Source: Saprospiraceae bacterium | GTDB taxonomy: Bacteria > Bacteroidota > Bacteroidia > Chitinophagales > Saprospiraceae | Direction of reading: 5' to 3' | Assembly: GCA_965222105.1 (NCBI GenBank) | Contig: CBDCTQ010000080.1 | Span: 18,638-82,637, forward strand | Length of the DNA: 64,000 nt | Shown: positions 10,301 to 19,800 of the stretch, piece by piece | How positions within the stretch are numbered: the first letter of the stretch is position 1 | Layout of the letters: every line of letters begins with the position of its first letter | Position numbers and translations under genes: made by a program | The notes under the pieces: generated by a model | The model's input: the letters and a program-made list of their open reading frames with translations, nothing else | Told to the model about the DNA's origin: nothing | Databases searched by the model: none

Positions 10301-11457
10301 GTCTGACTGGCCGGAAACAAGTTGTAAAACCAGGTGAGGTTGATCTCGCCCGGTAAAGGACTGCTGAACAACAGATCATCGGGGAGCGCCACATTATTAA
10401 TGGTTTGGAAAGTCAGTACGGCGGGGTCGTACCCAATGATGTACTGAAACGATGCCAGGTCTACAAAGCCATCCGTTGCCGTAATAGGTACACAAACGGT
10501 AGAGCCAGGCGTCGCAAACTCATCGCCTGCCGTGGTCGTCAGATCCGGGCAGCCGGACATATCAATGGTAAAGCTGGCCTCACAACTTTTCCCGTCTTCG
10601 ATCACCACATTGTAAAGCCCTGGCTGGGAGATGGAAAACACAACCGTTTCTCCATGAGTGATGTTGGTGTTTTGAATATCAGCAATGACCGACGGATCGC
10701 TGGCCAGGCTGATGCTGATGTTGGTGTATTCAGATCCATCAAATTCGGGCAAACCGCCTTCCGCTACGAAAGAGCCCGCACAGGGGCCGTTGGCAGCCAC
10801 GTTGATATTGGTGCCTTGTATTTCATTCAAATACACAACGCGAAAGGCGTCGTTGGTATTGACGTTGATGCAAGGGCCATCGGGACCGCCCATTCCATCG
10901 GTTTCAAATCCGGCAACAGCCCAGTCGTCAAAAGTAACGGGAGCAAACCAAATCTCTACCGGATCTCCATTGTTGAAAAAGTTCTGTAATAGACCACCGT
11001 TAAAAAATGTGGCATTGCCGTCGATATCCAATGGGGTAGTAGGGCTTTGCGCTGCCCAGAATGGAAAGGGGCTCGGATCGGGGTTGGTGATATGACAGGG
11101 GTCGTTTTCCACCGTCGCAAGGTCGGAACCACTGACCGTCGGTGGGCAGTCATAAAATATATAGGAGATGCCCGGCGGAGAGCTGGGATCGGGGTCGCCA
11201 AAGGTTTGTCCGCCCAGATGGTCGATTTCGAGGGAGTCGCCCAGGCAGAGGAATTCTACATCGTTGGATTGTGCCGAGGGAAACAACGTCTGGTTGGAGG
11301 TACCGGCAAAGGCAGATACTCCTATTGGGCATACCACGACCAGGTTGGGGTTGGGGGTTCCAACGGGTGTTTCGGTTTGAACCGGCATCGGGATTTGAGC
11401 GACAGCTTCCGCAAAAAAGAAAAAGAGGAGTAAAACAGGAATGAAACGTTTCATCAT
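7381..11457 (-). CDS. Giant T9SS cargo surface protein with type B C-terminal sorting domain (SprB-like)
   Basis: Signal peptide MMKRFIPVLLLFFFFAEAVAQ. Long Ig-like repeat region. C-terminus NVYIPNAFSPNGDGINDVMKIY...YRGDVTLIR matches the gliding-motility-associated CTD (T9SS type B). The ORF track start at 11523 is probably too far upstream; the MMKRF start at 11457 is preferred. Confidence 0.85.
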   Translation of the reverse strand: MMKRFIPVLLLFFFFAEAVAQIPMPVQTETPVGTPNPNLVVVCPIGVSAFAGTSNQTLFPSAQSNDVEFLCLGDSLEIDHLGGQTFGDPDPSSPPGISYIFYDCPPTVSGSDLATVENDPCHITNPDPSPFPFWAAQSPTTPLDIDGNATFFNGGLLQNFFNNGDPVEIWFAPVTFDDWAVAGFETDGMGGPDGPCINVNTNDAFRVVYLNEIQGTNINVAANGPCAGSFVAEGGLPEFDGSEYTNISISLASDPSVIADIQNTNITHGETVVFSISQPGLYNVVIEDGKSCEASFTIDMSGCPDLTTTAGDEFATPGSTVCVPITATDGFVDLASFQYIIGYDPAVLTFQTINNVALPDDLLFSSPLPGEINLTWFYNLFPASQTFPAGTVLYEVCFTAIGAVGTSSPITFFGDDLTVIEIGMTNGVDIFAIGYEFNEGSVTITNSSITMDFTACSTTDILNNGSFTFTVTGGNAPYNFGWVQVGNPGNNGMGTIANNGDTESVIDLPPGTYDVAVTDATGTIQTGTITIPNTDPLFAQLNPTNPQCPGGMDGSMSLVFSGGIAPYDIVWSVPGNDGMTELNGLGQGTYSATVTDNLGCSTVVSQGIGNIDITLDTILLQHITCDSGPGSGAITVLASGGTPPFTYAWDNGATGPAISNLIAGLYNVIVTDGNGCVHGQPIAVSEPILPVITGFDSVSVICPNDQSGELTVIAQPGTSPIINYEWSNGQNDQTISGLNAGTYFVTVTDVDGCSTQDSVTLFAPPPMVIDYVVTEPMCPEDPDGQINLNITGGAEPYNILWENGSTDFVLPALTCDSFYNVTISDANFCETIEESIEVGCPSAIAVTFTGIEGVSCNGGVPCDGLATAIASGGTAQTGLYNFNWSSGEVFNNVSESMAQQLCQGVQTVEVNDGDCSVTVQVEDLLNMIDSIPSPPELAFDIANTSSIPVSCFGDSDGSATVQATGGTPSYTYEWTNPVAAIGPTIDNVPTGTYNVIATDANGCTKLLPVIVGEPDPLVAAIDLDNTFNASCAGLEDGQIVVTWTGGNIGGATYTWDPNVNNSSTATGLTVGTYSVTVTDSKGCSDEVQHTVLEPAPVEALIPPPVEPLCFGDQTVVTVDTAWGGIGEPYFFSVDFGPKQFETAAIPILAGDHVIRVFDSNDCFTEYNISVGQPLPVVVSLGPDTTIQLGDSVKLDPAIGSVFPIDTLLWMPMNFLRCPIGDTLCREPVASPLETIQYEITVIDVNGCVGTDEIIVDIDKNRNVYIPNAFSPNGDGINDVMKIYTGPGVAQVSYFHIYDRWGEQLYSDLNFLPADSYLEGWDGRFNGKDMNTGVYVYLAEVIFVDGTVLLYRGDVTLIR

Positions 11458-11629
11458 TTTTTTGCTTGTTTTATATTCGTTCATGGAACAAGTCGTGGAT
11501 ATAGTCTGATACAGAAGGATCACAACTTTTCAGATTTATCAAAACAGGGTTAAAGGTCGAGGGCTTCAGGTCAGGAGGCAAACACTAATTGGTTATTTAA
11601 CAGGTTGGATGCAAAACAATCTTCACAGG

Positions 11630-11670
11630 TTTAAAAAATCGCACAAAAATAGATATACAATGCGATTTTT
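11630..11670 (-). terminator. Candidate hairpin + U-run (weak)
   Basis: aaaatcgca...17-nt loop...tgcgatttt followed by a T-run on the minus strand. It lies 235 bp downstream of hutI, so the assignment is uncertain. Confidence 0.2.
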
Positions 11671-11903
11671 CCGTTACCTGAACTTGTACAAATACGCCCT
11701 TTGGTCAAAATCAGCCAGTTTTTCGCCCTTCTACACCGGATTTTCCTCTTTTGATCCCACTACCCTTGACATTACAGCTATTAACCATGCATACTTTGTA
11801 CCACAAATCAGCCTTTCACATGGCAATTCCAACCCTATTCAACATTCGGAGCAGTTATTTTAGTACCTTTCGGTAAATAATAATGACTGTCCTGCCCAAA
11901 TCT

Positions 11904-13157
11904 TTACATCATTTCTCCGTGGAGTATCACCTGCCCGATCAGATCGCTCCCAAAGGCATAGGGCAGGTAGGCTATTGAAGGGATGCGCCTGGTAATGAAA
12001 ACGCTGCCTGTTTTGCCCCTTCCAATGCTGCCATGTGTGGCTTCTGCCTCCAAAGCGACAGCTCCGTTGATGGTAGCTGCGTTGATGGCCTCTTCCGGGG
12101 TCATTTTCATTTTTATACAGGCCAATGACAGCACAAAGGCCATTTTGCCGGAAGGCGTCGACCCAGGATTATAATCCGTTGCCAACGCCACAGGCAACCC
12201 CGCATCGATCATCTTCCGGGCAGGCGGGTAATGGTCATTCAGAAAAAACGGTGCAGTGGGCAGCAAAGTGGGCAGAGTATCCGAGGCGAGCAAAGCGGCA
12301 ATTTCCTCATCGTTGACCACTTCCAGGTGATCAACAGACAATGCCTGGTGCCGGATAGCCGCCTGAATACCTCCCATACAATTAAACTGGTTGGTATGGA
12401 TTTTAGGCTTTAAGCCGAATTTGGCGGCAGCCTCCAGAATGGTCTCTGTTTCTGCGACCGAAAAAAAGCCCTTTTCACAAAACACGTCGATGTACTCGGC
12501 CAACCCCTCTCCCACTGCCTGCGGAATCATTTCGCGGCACACCCGATCAATGAAGGCGCTGCGGTTGTCGCGGTATTGTGGTGGAAGGGCATGGGCCGCC
12601 AGCAAAGTAGCCTTGATCGGGATGGGGCTCGCCTCCTTTAAAGATCGTATGACCCGCAACATCTTCAGTTCGTTCTCCACGTCGAGGCCATAGCCGCTTT
12701 TTATTTCCAGCAGCCCAGTCCCATATTGGATCACCTCTTCGAGGCGGGCGGTGGCAGCCATGAGTAATTCTTCTTCCGGTGTCTGCCCCAGTCGTTTGGC
12801 GGAGTTGAGGATGCCACCACCCCGGCGCGCGATCTCTTCATAACTTAAACCATTGATCCGGTCTACAAATTCGCTTTCGCGGCTGCCGGCGTACACAAGA
12901 TGGGTATGGGAGTCGCACCAGGCAGGAAACACCATCCGGCCGCTGGCATCGATCCGGTGGTCGGCGCGATCGGGGCAACTGTCCATCGTTCCAAAGTCCT
13001 GAATAAGGCCGTTGTCGAGAAGGAGCCAGGCATCGTCGAGGGTGGGCAAAAAGCGCATGGCCTCCCCTTTGACAGGGACACACTGTGGTGACTGATCATC
13101 AGGAGAATCCTCTACCTGTACCAGCGTTTTGATATGGTGGATAAGCGTGGAGGCCAT
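11904..13157 (-). CDS. hutI: Imidazolonepropionase
   Basis: Amidohydrolase fold with the DSHTHLVYAGSRESEF...GGGI motifs typical of HutI. The ORF track extends to 13211; the MASTLIHHIKTLVQ start at 13157 is more likely. Confidence 0.88.
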   Translation of the reverse strand: MASTLIHHIKTLVQVEDSPDDQSPQCVPVKGEAMRFLPTLDDAWLLLDNGLIQDFGTMDSCPDRADHRIDASGRMVFPAWCDSHTHLVYAGSRESEFVDRINGLSYEEIARRGGGILNSAKRLGQTPEEELLMAATARLEEVIQYGTGLLEIKSGYGLDVENELKMLRVIRSLKEASPIPIKATLLAAHALPPQYRDNRSAFIDRVCREMIPQAVGEGLAEYIDVFCEKGFFSVAETETILEAAAKFGLKPKIHTNQFNCMGGIQAAIRHQALSVDHLEVVNDEEIAALLASDTLPTLLPTAPFFLNDHYPPARKMIDAGLPVALATDYNPGSTPSGKMAFVLSLACIKMKMTPEEAINAATINGAVALEAEATHGSIGRGKTGSVFITRRIPSIAYLPYAFGSDLIGQVILHGEMM

Positions 13158-13235
13158 GCGGCTCGTTTTGTTTTGAAAAGCGAAGTAACAAAATTTGCTG
13201 CAAGCCGCCAAGAAAACAATGTCCTAACAGTATAT

Positions 13236-14108
13236 TTACTGCATCGTAGAAAGATCCTTAACGATCGCTTCGATGCCCTTCTGACGCACCTTTGCTTTGA
13301 AGCGGCTGGCCTGGTTCAAGGTGCGAAATTCGCCGATCAACACTTTGTACACGGTTTTGCCACGTAGCTTGGCGATGTGTACGATGATGGGTTGACTGAA
13401 CATTTTGTCCAGCCGCTCCGCTTCCGTCAACACATTACCATATTCTGCGAAAGCGCCTATCTGAACGGAGTATCCCGAAGAGGGTTGCCGCGTCACCTTG
13501 AAGCGATACAATCCTTCGCCCGACCCGATGGGATCAGTCGCGGGTTGGGTATCGGCAGATCCACCGGAGTAAGTTCCCGTATGGTCAGACGAAGAGGAAC
13601 TGCTGCCCGTAGATGCAGTAGGTGGGGGTTTGACAGGTGGAGGTGGTGGAGGTGGCGGCGGAGCACTCGTCCTTGTCTTTACCCGGTTGGCAGCCGTATT
13701 GTGCTTTTTGAGTATTTCGAGAAAACGACCGGCCGACAATGATTCCTCGTAGCGGTCTATTTCTTTTCCTTTGGAATTGAAAATGAGAATGGAAGGCAAC
13801 ATCTTGACATTGTGTACCTGCTTGTAGGCATAGCCGTCGAAGTCGTCGATGTCTACTTTCACGGCGATGTAGTTATTCTTTACATAGTTGGCCAGCGTAG
13901 GATCGGTAAACGTCGTTTCGTCCATCCACCGGCAGGGCATACACCAACTGGCCGTAAAGTCGATGAAATAGAGCTTCCCCTCCGTGGCTGCGCGGTCTTT
14001 GACGGCAGTCAGACTACCCGTAAAAAAATCGACTTTGGTATCGCCGGGGCTGAACCCCATCCACATGGGGACGGCGAGAAAGATAAATAACAGAAGTTTG
14101 TTTTGCAT
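13236..14108 (-). CDS. Thioredoxin-like domain protein with Pro-rich linker and C-terminal SPOR (peptidoglycan-binding) domain
   Basis: Signal peptide. FTASWCMPCRWM thioredoxin-like CxxC region. PPPPPPPPVKPPP linker. C-terminal ~80 aa (YSVQIGAF...KAKVRQKG) fits SPOR. Confidence 0.7.
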   Translation of the reverse strand: MQNKLLLFIFLAVPMWMGFSPGDTKVDFFTGSLTAVKDRAATEGKLYFIDFTASWCMPCRWMDETTFTDPTLANYVKNNYIAVKVDIDDFDGYAYKQVHNVKMLPSILIFNSKGKEIDRYEESLSAGRFLEILKKHNTAANRVKTRTSAPPPPPPPPPVKPPPTASTGSSSSSSDHTGTYSGGSADTQPATDPIGSGEGLYRFKVTRQPSSGYSVQIGAFAEYGNVLTEAERLDKMFSQPIIVHIAKLRGKTVYKVLIGEFRTLNQASRFKAKVRQKGIEAIVKDLSTMQ

Positions 14109-14517
14109 GGTTTTGAAATTATATTAGTCCGATCAGTGTTTGGACACGAATTTTCACAAATTGCACGAATTTCAAGAACTTGAAAAATTCCTGCTGGTCG
14201 GCAGATACAGGCGCTCGCGAATTTTAAGCTGTAAGCGAACGAACAACATGCATTCTAAATCCTTGCCTATGAACGTTTTACGCCGGAAATATAAGCGAAA
14301 TTTTATGCCGAAATGGCGTATTTTACTCTTTTTCCAGATGAAAATATGAAAATGGTGCAAATAAGGTGCCACACATATGTTTTTGTTTAATTTGTTGTGT
14401 TTTGTCTGGCAGGGGGTTTCAATATATTACACCCAAAAAGCAACACCTGTTTCCATCTCCACGTCCTTATAAGGTGGAGGTGGAGGATGTCCAACACCTT
14501 TCAAAACAACCTATCTC

Positions 14518-15639
14518 ATGCAAAATGTACTGATCACTTTTATCAGCTTTCTACTCCTTTCGGGAAATTTAGCGAAAGCGCAAACCACATCCGCACCAAG
14601 GGATGCCCGCCAACACCATGACGTCGATCTGGATCAACTCCTCGACCAACACGCCCACGCGATGGGCGGCGCCGAAGCCTGGAAAAATTTTAATACCCAC
14701 CTCATCGTCCACGATAGTCAGCAAGGCGATAAAAATTATTCCAGTACCCTTTACATGAAAATGCCCAACAAATTTCGCATCGACTTCAAGGCGGGTGACA
14801 TCCAACGCACCAAAGCCTACGACGGAGTGGAGGGCTGGATCATGCAAAACGACGAACTGCGCCCCATGCCACAAGGAGAAGACCTTGAAATGGCTGAAGA
14901 AACGGAGTTTTACGGCGAACTGGTATTGGCCCGCGACCGAGGCCACCAACTGGAATACCTCGGCACGGAAACCCTCAACGGAAAAAAAGTTCACAAAATA
15001 AAAATGACCAAATCCAAAACGGATGAGCAGTTCTACTACCTCAACCCCGAAACCCACCTCTTGGAAATGGTCGCCGAATACTCCGAAGACGTAAGCTGGA
15101 AAGGCGTTCTTTTCAAAACCAGTTTCGACGATTACCGCGAAGTAGATGGTCTCCTCTTTCCATTCAAAATGGAATTGTTTGCCGACGAGCGACTGCTCCG
15201 AAAGTTCAACACCAGAAGCATCGAAGTAAATGGGACCATGCCCGACTCCATCTTCAGTAAAGACCAGGCAATAATCCGCCGCAACATACGCCAATTCTCT
15301 GAAGCCCTGGTTAGCCAAAACTACGATGCCGTGGTCGATGCCTACACCGCCGACGGAAAAATATTTCCCAACAACAAGCCCATCCTGGAAGGCCACCCCG
15401 CCCTGCGCCAATACTGGACGCCCAAAGAAGGCAGCACCTATCGGATCATCAGCCATAAAATCACCCCGCTGGAGATCAAGATCATCGGCAACGAAGCCTA
15501 CGACTATGGCTACTACGAAGGCACCTCCACCAGTGAGGGCAAAGAAAGCAGTTGGAAAGGCAAATACGTCATTGTATGGAAAAAGGTAACGCCGGATGTG
15601 TGGAAGATGTACCTCGACATTTGGAACCGGGTACCGTAA
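14518..15639 (+). CDS. Secreted hypothetical protein with a LolA-like N-terminal region and a C-terminal NTF2-like (DUF4440/SnoaL-like) domain
   Basis: Signal peptide MQNVLITFISFLLLSGNLAKAQ. The C-terminal 120 aa (FSEALVSQNYDAVVDAYTADGKIFP...YVIVWKKVTPDVWKMYLDIWN) resembles DUF4440. The opposite-strand 359-aa ORF is antisense noise. Confidence 0.6.
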   Translation: MQNVLITFISFLLLSGNLAKAQTTSAPRDARQHHDVDLDQLLDQHAHAMGGAEAWKNFNTHLIVHDSQQGDKNYSSTLYMKMPNKFRIDFKAGDIQRTKAYDGVEGWIMQNDELRPMPQGEDLEMAEETEFYGELVLARDRGHQLEYLGTETLNGKKVHKIKMTKSKTDEQFYYLNPETHLLEMVAEYSEDVSWKGVLFKTSFDDYREVDGLLFPFKMELFADERLLRKFNTRSIEVNGTMPDSIFSKDQAIIRRNIRQFSEALVSQNYDAVVDAYTADGKIFPNNKPILEGHPALRQYWTPKEGSTYRIISHKITPLEIKIIGNEAYDYGYYEGTSTSEGKESSWKGKYVIVWKKVTPDVWKMYLDIWNRVP

Positions 15640-15734
15640 GCCGAACAACCGTCAGAAGTCATGTCGTAAGAGGGAAATTATCATTGTGGCTTGGAGACTT
15701 AGGATTGTCACGCTCGTGTGGATGTTGAAATCTG

Positions 15735-15815
15735 TGCAAAATTATGTTTGGTTTTTTGCTTTCCCCGCCCCTCTCACTCCCCTGAAGGGGAGAACACCGC
15801 CCTCAAACCAAACAT
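15735..15815. repeat. Structured palindromic element: 13-bp outer inverted repeat enclosing a GC-rich core with a ctcccctgaaggggag hairpin
   Basis: ttatgtttggttt ... aaaccaaacataa are perfect reverse complements. The inner ctcccc-tgaa-ggggag forms a 6-bp stem with tetraloop. A related element is at 49846-49915. Confidence 0.45.
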
Positions 15816-15860
15816 AACTTCAGTGTTGTCACACTTGATAATTGACTTTTAATACTGTAC

Positions 15861-16612
15861 TAAATTCTTACGACAATAGCCATGAGCAGTATGAAGAGCG
15901 TCAGCTTTGTGGAACTTTGTGTCTTTGTGACTTAGTGGTAAAAAAACAGGTATTTTGACAAATCCCGTGGAGTACTCCCGCTCGTCGAAGCCCGCCTGCC
16001 GACCGACAGGTCTCTAACTTCGATGTACTAAGTTCCTACCACAATAGCCATGAGCGATATGAAGGGCGTTACCTCTGTGGAACTTTGTGTCTTTGTGACT
16101 TAGTGGCAAAAAAACAGGTATTTTGACAAATCCCGTGGAGTACTCCCGCTCGTCGAAGCCCGCCTGCCGACCGACAGGTCTCTAACTTCGATGTACTAAC
16201 TTCCTACCACAATAGCCATGAGCGATATGAAGGACGTTACCTTTGTGGAACTTTGTGTCTTTGTGACTTAGTGGTAAAAAAACAGGTATTTTGACAAATC
16301 CCGTGGAGTACTCCCGCTCGTCGAAGCCCGCCTGCCGACCGACAGGTCTCTAACTTCGATGTACTAACTTCCTACCACAATAGCCATGAGCGATATGATG
16401 GGCGTTACCTCTGTGGAACTTTGTGTCTTTGTGACTTAGTGGTAAAAAAACAGGTGTTTTGACAAATCCCGTGGAGTACTCCCGCTCGTCGAAGCCCGCC
16501 TGCCGACCGACAGGTCTCTAACTTCGATGTACTAACTTCCTACCACAATAGCCATGAGCGATATGAAGGGCGTTACCTCTGTGGAACTTTGTGTCTTTGT
16601 GACTTAGTGGTG
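15861..16612. repeat. Tandem array of about 4.5 copies of a 168-bp repeat
   Basis: Period is exactly 168 bp (aatagccatgag anchors at 15875, 16043, 16211, 16379, 16547). Copies are >95% identical outside a ~30-nt variable window. No spacers, so this is not a CRISPR array. Each unit contains the perfect palindrome ggagtactcc and a 17-codon micro-ORF. Confidence 0.9.
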
Positions 16613-16645
16613 GAAAAAACTCAATGGAAAAAAAACATCCGTGGT

Positions 16646-16690
16646 AAAAAAAACAAAGCCCGTTTTTTGCAAAACGGGCTCAGGAAACGA
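16646..16690 (-). terminator. Rho-independent terminator (minus strand)
   Basis: 10-bp stem agcccgtttt / aaaacgggct with loop ttgc. On the minus strand it is followed by TGTTTTTTTT. Confidence 0.5.
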
Positions 16691-16777
16691 ATCTTACAAT
16701 TTTTTAACCAAAACTTACACCTTCCCAAAGGCAAACATGGTGCCAAAAACGCTCCTGAACCAAAAAAATCAAAAAAA

Positions 16778-16838
16778 AACACCTTTCTGCGGAAGAAAAA
16801 TACAGAAAGGTGTTTTTGGTTCGTCCAAATGCGACTAC
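16778..16838 (-). terminator. secDF terminator (hairpin with T-runs on both sides, bidirectional)
   Basis: cacctttc...gaaaggtg stem immediately downstream of the secDF stop (16840). T/A runs flank it on both strands. Confidence 0.5.
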
Positions 16839-16839
16839 A

Positions 16840-19800
16840 CTAAGTACTGGCCGCCTTGGAAAAGCTGCGCTTCTTGGCCGACTTGGCCTTGAGGTCGCCT
16901 GTAAGGTCAGACATGATCGGCGTGGCCACAAACACCGAAGAGTAAGTACCCACGATGATGCCGACAAAGAGGGCAAAGGCAAACCCACGGATGCTGGTAC
17001 CACCAAAGAACAACAGGATGGCCACCACAAACAAGGTGGTCAACGAGGTGATCACCGTCCGGCTGATCGTACTGTTGATGGCCATGTTGATGACCTCCTC
17101 TTTGGTCTTACCGGTATAGCTGTTCATAAACTCACGGATCCGGTCGAATACGACCACCGTATCGTTGATCGAGTAACCGATCACCGTAAGGATGGCCGCA
17201 ATAAAGGCCTGATCTACTTCGAGCGAAAAAGGTAGTATGCCCCAAAACAGTGAAAAGATGGCGAGCACCACCAGTGTATCGTGAAACAGGGCCGCTACCG
17301 CTCCCATACTGTACTGCCATTTATTGAATCGCAGGAAGATGTACAGGAAGATGAGCAGCAAAGCAAATATGGTCGCATACACCGAGCTGGTCTTGATGTC
17401 GTCGGCAATGGTGGGCCCCACCTTGCTCGACTGCGTAACATGCGCCCCACTCACTGCATCGGGATTTTTAAAACTTTCGTAGTTAACCACGCCTCCCAGG
17501 GCGGCATTCACTCCTTCGTGCAATTTGACCATGACCAGGCTGTCCGCCTTTTCCTCATCGCTGTCGATCAGATAGCTGGTCACCACATTATAGGTGTTGG
17601 CCGTGCTGACCGCCTTGACAACGGGCGCCGAACCAAAGCTGCCCTTCAATGCCGTACGCATCTGCTCTACATTGACCTGTTGGCCTTCTTCAAACTGAAC
17701 ATTGTAGGAGTAGCCCCCTTTAAAATCAACCCCCAGGTCGAAGCCCCGCATAAACATAGAACCGATTCCCAACAATATAATGGCCAGTGACAGGCCGTAG
17801 GCAATTTTGCGCTTGCCCAGCCAGTCGATATTCAGGTTGGCAAATGCGTTTTTGGAAGCATTTGTCCAGAAAGTCATGTTCTTTTCGCGATCAACCGTCC
17901 ACCAGTCGATGATCATCCGGCCCACCAGTACGGCGGTAAACAGCGAACAAAGCACACCGATGATCAACACCACAGCAAACCCCTTGATGGGCCCCATACC
18001 GAAATAGGCCAGTACGAAGGCCGTCAGGATGGTCGTCACGTTGGCATCGATGATGGCGGAGTAGGAATGTTGAAAACCGTCTTTGATCGACATGAGCAAC
18101 GATTTGCCAGCCCTTAGTTCTTCCCGTATCCGTTCGTAAATGATCACGTTGGCATCCACCGCCATACCGATGGTGAGTACGATACCGGCAATACCCGGCA
18201 AGGTAAGCACCGTACCAAAGCTGGCCAGCATGCCAAAGATGAAAAACAGGTTGAGAAACAGGGCAATGATCGATACCACCCCGCCCGATCCGTAGTAAAA
18301 GATCATAAAGAGGAGCACCAGTCCAAAACCGATCAGCAGTGAGTTGATACTACGCGAAATATTTTCCGCACCCAGCGAAGGCCCCACCAATGATTCCTGG
18401 ATGATCTTGGTCTTGGCCGGCAGCTTACCGATTTGAAGGATCTTCGATAGGTCTTCCGCCTCCGTCATCGTAAAGTCGCCGGTGATGGACGAGTTGCCAT
18501 TCATAATCGGGTTGATGACCCGTGGTGCCGAAACGATCTTGTCGTCGAGGGCAATGGCAATTTCGCGGTTGTTGTCCTGGGCGGCTTTGGTGGTCATTTT
18601 GCCCCAGATGTTGGCGCCTTGTCCGTTCATCCGCAGTGATACGGCAATCTGACCGTTCGTGGGATCGGGAGCGGCGCCGGCAGCTGTGACCATATCGCCG
18701 GCCAGAGGTGGGTCGTCGTCGTTGATGCCTTCTTTTTTGATGGCGTAAAGCTCGTAGATATTCGACTCGGCGTCGTATTCGTTGTAGCCGGTGGCCGGAT
18801 AGTGCGACCATAGGAATACCAGGTCTTTGGGCAACAGGCTGATTACGGCCGGGTCTTTCAGATATTCGTTGATCTTGTCGATCTTATTCTTCTCGGCGGT
18901 ACCGACTACGGTCAGCGGCATGAGCAATCCACTGGCGGAGGAGTTGTTTAGCGTAAGCAAATTCAACAGCGGGCCGGTGGTGGTCAGCAGATCGTCTCCG
19001 GCAAAGGTGGTGTCGTAAGTGACTACTGCATGAGAATCGATTATGTTGCCGGTATCGTCGTAATCGTATGACCAGGTAGAGGTACTGTCAACAGAAAGCA
19101 CCTCTTTTTCGTCGGTTACTTCGGTGGTATCACCGGTGCTGAGTCGTCGTAGTTTATCGTCGGCTTGTGCCAAAAGCTGAGTGATGCCGAGGCCGGAGTT
19201 GTTCATCCGGTCGGAAACGCGGTACACGTTCCAGAATTCCAGTTTGGCGGTGGTTTGCAGGAATTTACGGGCCCGTTCCGGGTTGGAGATGCCGGGCAAC
19301 TCTACGATGATGAGGTCTCTGGCGGCATCGAGCGATACGTTGGGTTGTATCACGCCGAGTTCGTCGATCCGTTCTTTGAGCCGTTTATGGGTCAGGCTGA
19401 CGGTTTCATCGGCCTTTTCGCGCAATATCCTTACCACCTCCGCATCGGAGGTACCGATTTTGATTTCATCGCGTAGTATTTCATTGGATGTGAAGGGGCG
19501 TGCCAAACTACCGCCGCCGACCTCTTTATAGGCCCTGGCAAAGAGGGTGATGAAGTCGGATTGGGTATTTTGAAGTTGGGAAGATGCTTTTTCTATAGCC
19601 TTTTCAATAGTGGGGTCTTTGGAATCGTTGGCGAGTGAGCGAATAAAATCTCTTAGGTCAACCTGTAAGACCACACTCATTCCGCCTTTCAGGTCGAGGC
19701 CGAGGGCCAGTTGGGCATTCTTCATCTCCTCGTAAGTGTACTTCTTGAGGAGGGGAATGCTGAAAATGGTTTCGCTGGACATCGAGTCCAGGTAGGAGGT

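Noticed and set aside
14569-15648. 359-aa minus-strand ORF
   Set aside because: Antisense to the signal-peptide-bearing 14518-15639 gene with DUF4440 homology. No domain signal.
15861-16612. CRISPR array interpretation of the tandem repeats
   Set aside because: The 168-bp period is far longer than CRISPR repeat+spacer units. Copies are near-identical end to end with no unique spacers. No cas genes are nearby.
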